Virus record (IMG/VR): IMGVR_UViG_3300009703_002430
Location: 19,646-83,645 of that record
From: a virus
DNA length: 64,000 bases
Direction: 5' to 3' (one strand)
The stretch's first letter is position 1; the number at the start of each line of letters is the position of its first letter. The notes beneath the pieces are model-generated. The model saw only the letters and a list, made by a program, of their open reading frames with translations, was not told the DNA's origin and did not search any database. This document shows positions 56,809 through 64,000 of the stretch, one piece after another. A program made the translations under genes and the position numbers.

Positions 56809-59800
56809 TATGACGGTGCCTTTACATCTTGTCCTATGATAAATCCATCTAGGGCCGCTGATCCCGCAAGCCCTCTGATTATGAAACCGTATACATCTGC
56901 TGAGCCGTTTCCAGTTGTCAGTGTTGGAGCTGTTCCTCCGGGCCAGTGTACTGTAACTCTACTACCGCTGTTAACTTGTACATCATCAAAACCGGCACTA
57001 GCACTCAGAACTGCATCCCCTCCGCCAGATCCCGGTTGAATAAATCTAACAATAAACCTTTGCCCCACAGCCGCGTTTGTAATATCTATCGCAGTGGTAG
57101 TCGTATTGTCTGTTAGGGTTATTTCAAAATAATTGCCCTCGCTTAAATCTATAGCTATTGTGTCATCATCTGTTTGTGCATTTATACCAGCTCCCGGAAT
57201 TATTGCTCCAGTGACTTTTAACTCTCCTGCTAGATCAACATCACCGTCAATATCTACAGCATCTAGGTTTGTTGTTCCATCAATATCGACATTTCCAGAA
57301 ATATCCAGAGTAGCAGCGGTTAATTCACCAGTAAGGGTTACATTTCTAAACGACGACACATCTTTATTTGCGTCAACTGTTACCGTCTTGCTAGCCACGA
57401 CGGTTCCAACCGCAGCACCTGTGTCATTATAGTTTAACTCAGCGGCTGTTGAGCTAACATTTGTACCGCCGATATCAAGGGTGGTAACGCTTATTTCCCC
57501 AGCCACCGTTACTAGGCCATCGGCAAGGGTGATAAGGTCTGTATCGTCTGTGTGGCCAATCGTGGTGCCGTTGATGATGACATTGTCCACTGTAAGCGTT
57601 GTAAGTGTTCCTAGCGATGTAATATTTGTTTGTGCGGCGGTTGTCAAAGTACCACCAAGACTTGTTGCAGTTAACAGCCCCGTGTCTGAATTAAATGTAA
57701 GATTACTTCCTGACTTAGGGCCTAAGTCTCCTGTAGCGGCAGTTACAAACAAGGGGAAGCACGTTGTGTCGCTAGACTCATCTGCTACAGTTACGGTTGT
57801 GGCTATGGCAGCGGTTCCTGAAGTGTCTTGGTTAAGTGTGCCAACAACAAAGTCTAGCGTGTTGTCTGAATCATCATATGTAACTCCAATACCTGTTTCG
57901 GTGTTACTACCAACCATAGCGCCAACGGTATCAGCAATAAACTCGTCAAGGGCTGTTCCGTTTACTGTAATTGCGTCAGCTTCAAGGGTGCCATCAATAT
58001 CGGCATTTCCAGAGATGTCAAGAGTTGTGGCGTCTAGCTCACCGGCTACTGTCACAACGCCGTCTGCAAGGGTAATTAAGTCTGTATCGTCTGTGTGTCC
58101 AATAGTTGTGCCGTCAATGAGAACATTGTCTATGTCTAAAGATCCACCAGTTATAAGGCCGGTAGTTGTGATCGTACTCGAACCAGTATCAATGTTGCCA
58201 AACCCAGAAGTAATAGATCCGCCATTAAGAGCGCCAACAGACGTAATGTTTGTTTGTGCGGCGGTTTGTAGAGTTCCTGCTAATTGTGTCGCTGTCAATT
58301 TTCCTGTGCTAGGATTGTATGTAAGGTTGCCATCCATTTCCAGCCCTACATTGCCCGTAGAGCTTGTGGCACCCTCAACAAATGTAATCAGATTATCTTC
58401 ATTCGTGCTTTCATTATCTGTGACTAACACATGAGCAGCGTTAGTAGCATTAGTAACTGTTACACCTGCTATAACTGTATTAAGAGCAGTCCCATCTACA
58501 GTAATTGCGTCTGCCTCTAGAGTTCCATCAATATCCGCATCGCCTGATATATCAATTGAGGCTGCGTCTAGTTCACCACTAATTGTGATATTGCGACCAC
58601 CTGTAATATCTTTGTTTGAATCTGTTATGATGGCTTTACTTGCAATGACCGTACCGTTTGTAATACCATCTATAAGATTGATGTCTGCAGCACTTGCTGT
58701 AACGAGAACTCCACCAAGTTTTAGCCCGTTTGAACCATCGTGTGAAGCGATGTCAAAGTCATAGGCGCCATCGGCAAAGGTGGTGTTTCCTGTAATAGTT
58801 ATTGTAGAGCCATCGGCAGAAATGCTATCAAGTGCTATATCTCCAACATTGGTAATATCAGCATCATTGAAAGAAGTAGCACCAAGGGTATTAGAAGCGG
58901 CTGTTGAAGTAAGGCCAGCCGCAATTGTTACTCCGCCACCATCTGCTATTGTAATTGCATTATCACCGTCTGTAAATTCAATCAAAGGTGTTTGTATAGA
59001 TGTTGAGCCTTTGACCAAAGGAGCCGTAAAAGAAGTAACCGCACTACATGCATCGGCTAATTCAGCGGAATCTATACTATCATCTGCTATTGTCAATGCT
59101 CCACCTGCGGCTACAGTTGCGTCTCCAGATATGTCGGCAAATATTGCGTCTTGCAAGTTAGAGAAAGTTATTTTCTTTTCTGTTCCATTGTCAGAGAACA
59201 TAAAGTGGTCTTGAGTCTGATGCAATCCCGCGCCCCCAAGAGCACTAAGTGCGTCAATGTCTACAGTTGCTGATATTGTTTGCCAGCTACAGGTTCCATC
59301 CCCATCGGCCCTTAAGTACTTAGTTGCAGCTTCATTGCCATTGGTAGTGGATTTCAGTTCTGTACCTTCAAGATCTATAGTAAATGTCAAATCGTAAGGA
59401 TCAGCATCTGTACCGTTGTCTGTGTCAGTCCAGTTAATATCAATACCAGTGCCTTCAACAAATTTTACTTCTTTATTTTCAGTGATTGTGACTTCTGTTC
59501 CGTCACCGTCTTCAAGCACAAAGCCAGCACCCATTGTATTTGTGTCGGCAGCTGCAATAGTTATTGCGCCATCACCTTCTGTGATAGTGACGTTACTGCC
59601 CTCAGTTAGGGTGGCATTATCCCAAACGCTTGCTGTATTATCATATATTAGCAAATGTCCCGCAGCAGGAGAACTTATGTTGGTATCATTGAGTTCCGCT
59701 ATCGTATCTTCTGTAGCGATTTGAGTGTCCACATAATCTTTGACTGCGGCAGACGTTGGTAAGCTAGTATCGTTATCACTGCTTCCAATACCTTCAGATT

Positions 59801-62800
59801 CAGTCACTATAGCACTAGCGGCGAAGTCTGAAACAGCCAAGTCTGGTAGCCTAGCTGAGGCTATAGTTCCGCTAAGCTGTGTAGCCCCAATGGTTTTATT
59901 AGTAAGCGTGTCACTAGAACTGGCGGTGATATATCCGGCATCATTAACAGCTTTAGGGGTCAAGGCGGTAGTCTGATTGCTGCTAATTGTATTAGTTAAG
60001 ATTACCAACCCAGAAGCGCTAGTGGTTGTCATTGGTATATTGAATTGAGTACCGTGTAACACTAAGCCAGAACCAGCAGTATATGTAGTGTTATCATTTG
60101 CAGATGCTATTGTCACAGTATCGCTACCGGCGGTAGTCGTAATCGTTACGTTGGAACCACCAGCTAATGTCAGGGTGTCAGTCTTAGCATCTGCCTCGAC
60201 ATCGTCTTGACCAGCAACTGCAACAGTCGAAAAGGCATTCTGATTTGTTTCACCTGCTCCAGCCGCCGTCCAAGTAAATTTGCCCGTAGCGGCATCGAAA
60301 GATGGGATGTAATTATCTACTGGGCTATTGGTGGCTAAAAGGTTGTACCCACTAATTGCAGAGTCAAACTGTGTTCCGTGCAGTACCAATCCTGAACCAG
60401 CTGTATAGGTCGTGTTTGTGTCTGTTACTGTTTCAGCAGCAGAAGTAATTGCTGTAACGTGACCATTGCTATCGAGGGTTATGTCTTGAATGTATGTTCT
60501 ACTGCCATTATCAACAGATGAAGCTGCGGAAATATTTGGGTGAGCTGTTAAGTAGCCAGCATCATTAACGGCCTTCGGAGTCAATGCTGTTGTTTGGTTA
60601 CTGCTTATTGTATTACTTAGTATAACCAAGCCAGACGCACTGGTTGTTGTCATTGGTATGTTAAATTCTGTACCATGCAATACTAAGCCAGACCCCGCCG
60701 TATAGGTTGTGTTGGTATCAGATGTTTGAGCAACCCAAGTAAACTCACCACCTACATAAGAAGGCACATAATTATTAACAGGACTATTTGTAGCCAGTAT
60801 ATTATTACCACTAATTGCTACGTTAAACTGAGTTCCGTTTAATGAAATGCCTGAACCTGCAGTATATGTAGTATTAGTATCTGTGGCCGCTATCGTAACG
60901 GTGTCACTGCCAGCATTGGTTGTAATCGTCACGTTGCTACCACCGGCTAGTGTCAACGTATCAGTCTTAGCATCTGCGGCAACATTGGTCTGACCATCAA
61001 CTGCAACAATTGAAAATGCGTTTTGGTTAGTTTCACCACCTCCGGCGATTCCGGAAACAGAAAGTATGTCTGTGTAAAGGTAACCAGAGGCAGTAAGAAC
61101 CTGCCCTCCTACGCCAGAAACTTCATGTAGCCTGTTGTCAAGATTTCCCGAAGCAGCAGCCAGATCGTATGTGTAAGCCTTTTCGGATAATAGGGAAGTA
61201 ATCCCTGCTGCATAGTTACCAGAATCGTTGATTGCTGCAGCTAACTCATTAAGAGTATTTAAAGCACCCGGTGCTCCATCTACCAGATTTGATACTGCCG
61301 TTGTAACGTATGCAGTCGTCGCAACCCTTGTACTATTATTGCTAGCGGCTTGAGTTGGCGCAGTTGGGTTTCCAGTAAGAGCCGTGTCAGCAAGGAATCC
61401 AGCCCCAATTACAGAACTAACGGTTGACACAGGTGTTCTTTTACTACTGCCATCAGAGTCTATAAACACCATCTGATCTGTGGAAATCATTGTCTCGTTT
61501 GCGAGCTGCTGCAAGTCTACGTTTACAGTAACGCTACTTTCAGTGCCGCCACCTGACATTCCAGATCCAGCAACTATAGCTGTGATATCACCAATCGTTG
61601 GTTTATTAGTAACATTGTTCCAGTGTACTTGGCCACCACCGCCAGAAGTATTAAGTTCACTTTCTGTATAATATCGAGAGTCTAGTTGTCCACCAGTAAG
61701 CTCAGACTCAGTAAAGTATCTACCGTCTAGGTTTACAGTACCGGCAGTACTTGTTGTCACATGTCCGTTTGAATCTAGGGTAATCTGTATGTCTTGTATT
61801 ACAGTGCCATCAGAGTTATCTAAACTAATGTTGCTGCCCTGTGAGACGCTTGGGTGCGCTGTTAGATATCCTGCGTCGTAGACAGCCTTTGAGGTGGCTA
61901 CTACATTTGCATTATCAGCAACTGTGTTAGAGAGAGTAACTAAACCTGCTGCACTCGTGGTTGCTGTTGGTATGTTTATTTCAGTACCATTTAGAACAAT
62001 ACCTGATCCAGCGGTATATGTAGTATTTGTAGCAACTAGATCTACAGTGCCATCGCTATCTTGATAAGTTGCAGCTATATTTGTCTCAGTATTACCAGAG
62101 AACATGGCTCCAACAATATCTTGTATTTCTTCTGTGGTTTTTTGAACTGCGTTTATTGTCACGTTGTGACCAGAGCCATTACTGGTATTTAAATAAGATA
62201 CAGTTACATTAGTTCCGGCGTCAATATTTAAAAAGTCAGAACTTCTTATTGTTTTGCTTAGGTCAACGCCGTCTAGATATAATTCAAATCCAGCGTAGGT
62301 GGTGTAGCCAGCGTCGTTTGTCAAAAGGCTTACATTTCTGCCGGACTCTAAAACTGTGCTATCAGTGTCAATTTTAAACGTCGTGCCGTCTAATGTAAGA
62401 CCACTACCAGCAGTGTAGGTAGTATTTGTGTCTGCTACAGTTTCCGTACCAACTGAGACGCCGCTAACATGGCCAAATTGGTCAAAGAGTATGTTTTGTA
62501 TATAAGTTCTGCCCGCAAAGCTTGTGCTCCCAGAGGCAGTAGATATGGCTGGATGTGCTGTTATGTATCCAGCATCATTTGTTAAAAAGCTTACCAAGTC
62601 TCCAGAGGACATACCTTCGCCAGCACTAGACATTATGCTTCCGTCTCTAAACTCTAGGCTGGCAGTTTTTAGTTTGACGCCGCTTATTACACCTACGTAA
62701 TCTACATAGGCCAGAGTAGACTGACTGTTGTTCTCCCAAACTTGCAGATGCGCAGACTGACTATTGGCTCCCCTAACCTTTACGGGTACTACTGCAGCCT

Positions 62801-63524
62801 CGGCATTTAAAAACTTAGCTCCGCCAGACTTACTCAGATTAAAAAGATCAGAGTCTCTGTGTTTTATCCATGCACCGTTAGAGTAGTTTACTATAAGAGC
62901 ACTATCGCTAGTTGCGTAAACTCCTGCAGATCCATTGTTACCGTATACATATCCATATGTTGGGGCGGCAGTTGAATTAGAAGGGCCATCTTTTAAGCCA
63001 ATCTTCCAAGTGGGGGCAGAGCTACTTTCTAAGTTAAGAGCTACTGTTCTGTCATTGTCGTTATCTACATAGAAATGAAACAAGTCGCCTGCGTCTGTTC
63101 TCTTGACGGTAAGCGGTGCGGAGATAGCGCCAGTCGCTGAGGTTATCTGTGTTGTTCCGTCTGGAAATAATATGCCAGAGTAGTATGGGGATACGCCGCT
63201 AGCATATCCATTTTCAGTCATTATGAACGCTCTGTTAGCTGGGTATGTACAGAATATTGTTGACACACCGCCTGAAAGAGATAGTTTAGAGCCTGTACTG
63301 CTAGATAGCACGACATCTCTTGATAGACTGTTAGAAGATGAGGTATAAGTACCTATTCCAATCTCCCAATTTACGCCATCTTCTATACCGTAATAAGTCT
63401 TGTTGTTATTCCCAATAGCATCAGCAAATGTCTGGAACCCGCCATAGGCAGAACCGAGTGTTACAGCTCCTGTTCCACTCGTGGTACTTGTCTCTTTTAC
63501 TCTGTCTGTTAAAACAAAAGCCAT
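56808..63524 (-). CDS. Long mosaic fibre protein (2238 aa)
   Basis: LTDRVKETS N-module; repeated TNTTYTAGSG units; ISGxADIDGTLEADAIT and GTTIGHTDDTDLITLADG repeats; C-terminal fibre domain. Confidence 0.88.
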   Translation of the reverse strand: MAFVLTDRVKETSTTSGTGAVTLGSAYGGFQTFADAIGNNNKTYYGIEDGVNWEIGIGTYTSSSNSLSRDVVLSSSTGSKLSLSGGVSTIFCTYPANRAFIMTENGYASGVSPYYSGILFPDGTTQITSATGAISAPLTVKRTDAGDLFHFYVDNDNDRTVALNLESSSAPTWKIGLKDGPSNSTAAPTYGYVYGNNGSAGVYATSDSALIVNYSNGAWIKHRDSDLFNLSKSGGAKFLNAEAAVVPVKVRGANSQSAHLQVWENNSQSTLAYVDYVGVISGVKLKTASLEFRDGSIMSSAGEGMSSGDLVSFLTNDAGYITAHPAISTASGSTSFAGRTYIQNILFDQFGHVSGVSVGTETVADTNTTYTAGSGLTLDGTTFKIDTDSTVLESGRNVSLLTNDAGYTTYAGFELYLDGVDLSKTIRSSDFLNIDAGTNVTVSYLNTSNGSGHNVTINAVQKTTEEIQDIVGAMFSGNTETNIAATYQDSDGTVDLVATNTTYTAGSGIVLNGTEINIPTATTSAAGLVTLSNTVADNANVVATSKAVYDAGYLTAHPSVSQGSNISLDNSDGTVIQDIQITLDSNGHVTTSTAGTVNLDGRYFTESELTGGQLDSRYYTESELNTSGGGGQVHWNNVTNKPTIGDITAIVAGSGMSGGGTESSVTVNVDLQQLANETMISTDQMVFIDSDGSSKRTPVSTVSSVIGAGFLADTALTGNPTAPTQAASNNSTRVATTAYVTTAVSNLVDGAPGALNTLNELAAAINDSGNYAAGITSLLSEKAYTYDLAAASGNLDNRLHEVSGVGGQVLTASGYLYTDILSVSGIAGGGETNQNAFSIVAVDGQTNVAADAKTDTLTLAGGSNVTITTNAGSDTVTIAATDTNTTYTAGSGISLNGTQFNVAISGNNILATNSPVNNYVPSYVGGEFTWVAQTSDTNTTYTAGSGLVLHGTEFNIPMTTTSASGLVILSNTISSNQTTALTPKAVNDAGYLTAHPNISAASSVDNGSRTYIQDITLDSNGHVTAITSAAETVTDTNTTYTAGSGLVLHGTQFDSAISGYNLLATNSPVDNYIPSFDAATGKFTWTAAGAGETNQNAFSTVAVAGQDDVEADAKTDTLTLAGGSNVTITTTAGSDTVTIASANDNTTYTAGSGLVLHGTQFNIPMTTTSASGLVILTNTISSNQTTALTPKAVNDAGYITASSSDTLTNKTIGATQLSGTIASARLPDLAVSDFAASAIVTESEGIGSSDNDTSLPTSAAVKDYVDTQIATEDTIAELNDTNISSPAAGHLLIYDNTASVWDNATLTEGSNVTITEGDGAITIAAADTNTMGAGFVLEDGDGTEVTITENKEVKFVEGTGIDINWTDTDNGTDADPYDLTFTIDLEGTELKSTTNGNEAATKYLRADGDGTCSWQTISATVDIDALSALGGAGLHQTQDHFMFSDNGTEKKITFSNLQDAIFADISGDATVAAGGALTIADDSIDSAELADACSAVTSFTAPLVKGSTSIQTPLIEFTDGDNAITIADGGGVTIAAGLTSTAASNTLGATSFNDADITNVGDIALDSISADGSTITITGNTTFADGAYDFDIASHDGSNGLKLGGVLVTASAADINLIDGITNGTVIASKAIITDSNKDITGGRNITISGELDAASIDISGDADIDGTLEADAITVDGTALNTVIAGVTVTNATNAAHVLVTDNESTNEDNLITFVEGATSSTGNVGLEMDGNLTYNPSTGKLTATQLAGTLQTAAQTNITSVGALNGGSITSGFGNIDTGSSTITTTGLITGGSLDIDNVLIDGTTIGHTDDTDLITLADGVVTVAGELDATTLDISGNADIDGTLEADAITVNGTALDEFIADTVGAMVGSNTETGIGVTYDDSDNTLDFVVGTLNQDTSGTAAIATTVTVADESSDTTCFPLFVTAATGDLGPKSGSNLTFNSDTGLLTATSLGGTLTTAAQTNITSLGTLTTLTVDNVIINGTTIGHTDDTDLITLADGLVTVAGEISVTTLDIGGTNVSSTAAELNYNDTGAAVGTVVASKTVTVDANKDVSSFRNVTLTGELTAATLDISGNVDIDGTTNLDAVDIDGDVDLAGELKVTGAIIPGAGINAQTDDDTIAIDLSEGNYFEITLTDNTTTTAIDITNAAVGQRFIVRFIQPGSGGGDAVLSASAGFDDVQVNSGSRVTVHWPGGTAPTLTTGNGSADVYGFIIRGLAGSAALDGFIIGQDVKAPS
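59931..60713 (-). repeat. Two 162-nt coding copies (59931-60092, 60552-60713) of a 54-aa unit
   Basis: 52/54 aa identical, 33 synonymous codon differences (hand alignment). Confidence 0.9.
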
Positions 63525-63539
63525 GAACAGCTCTCCCTA

Positions 63540-64000
63540 CTAGAATGTTTGTACGGTTCCGTCTATGTGCATGTTGCCATTCTGATCTAGATACGCAACC
63601 ATTTGGCCCAAGTTGTTAAACCATGTTTGTATAGCGTCTGACGACGAAGAAGATGACCTTACATCAAGAGTTCCACTAGGATTGAGTATTGCTCTACCAA
63701 CGGAAACTCTTTGATCTGCCATGTCACCACCAATGATATCTCCAACATTCAATTTGTGACTACTGCTGCCTTGTATCAATCTGTATGGCGAAGTTCCACC
63801 TATCCCTACGGTTAGTTCTATGTTTCTGTCTCCACTGACAGACTCAAGAGCATTGTCACCAATACCGATAGATCTACTAGTCTTCGCATTTAGACCTGCT
63901 GAGTTACCAATAAACACACCCATGCGAGAACCAGAAGCATAGTGACCAGTATTTGGCCCGATAAACACAGAGTTGTCTGCTTGATTGGCGTTCATACCTG
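63540..64000 (-). CDS. 3' part of a fibre gene truncated by the window edge; paralog of the 1701-aa C-terminal region
   Basis: Frame open to the edge (..GGT ATG); VFIGxxAG repeats; IIGGDMADQRVSVG..NPSGTLDV vs VIGGDATSTVRRVSVG..DPSASLHV. Confidence 0.8.
   Translation of the reverse strand, partial: GMNANQADNSVFIGPNTGHYASGSRMGVFIGNSAGLNAKTSRSIGIGDNALESVSGDRNIELTVGIGGTSPYRLIQGSSSHKLNVGDIIGGDMADQRVSVGRAILNPSGTLDVRSSSSSSDAIQTWFNNLGQMVAYLDQNGNMHIDGTVQTF

Larger units (their letters stand above)
1..64000. other. Fragment of a large tailed (siphovirus-like) phage genome
   Basis: Tape measure, tube, neck and fibre genes in canonical order; >95% coding; no host housekeeping genes, rRNA or integrase seen. 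Confidence 0.93.

Noticed and set aside
57481-58434. 317-aa + strand ORF (and similar antisense ORFs such as 35956-36519 and 31412-31918)
   Set aside because: Shadows of long - strand genes; Ser/Val/Pro-rich, no SD or motifs; explained by sense-strand codon bias.
1-64000. Stop-codon reassignment, tRNA/rRNA genes, CRISPR array, inteins
   Set aside because: Code 11 gives near-complete tiling with TAA, TAG and TGA all used as stops; spacers are too short and show no cloverleaf or repeat-spacer array; no Hint/LAGLIDADG motifs were noticed by eye (not excluded without HMMs).

Overview
This window is a slice of a large dsDNA tailed phage genome (standard code 11, very dense coding, TAATG/ATGA stop-start overlaps, strong GGAG-type Shine-Dalgarno sites). 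Two convergent blocks meet at a bidirectional terminator near 7480. The + strand block (1-7438) has a surface-glycan gene cluster: KdsC-like phosphatase, PfkB-like kinase, nucleotidyltransferase-RpiB fusion, sulfotransferase, WavE-like and PLC/GDPD-like genes. It is followed by an HTH-Vsr-type endonuclease, a Rad52/Sak-like annealing protein and a small Cys-motif protein. The - strand block (64000-7517) is a siphovirus-style morphogenesis operon: fibre/appendage genes, putative neck proteins, tail tube, three chaperone-region genes, a 2380-aa tape measure protein and a roughly 8800-aa tail-tip module; no sheath gene is visible. Observations not explained by these annotations are: (1) strong Ser-Gly enrichment in a subset of structural proteins, a possible glycosylation sequon; (2) a 14-bp inverted repeat bracketing the last structural gene; (3) a GTGTATAWT..TAG promoter-like motif; (4) micro-ORFs bridging intergenic gaps; (5) paralogous chaperones with no visible frameshift site; (6) a nuclease-like cargo inside the TMP; (7) a split 7-blade FG-GAP propeller. 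Product names come from motif recognition and gene order by eye; no database searches were run, and all counts are hand counts.
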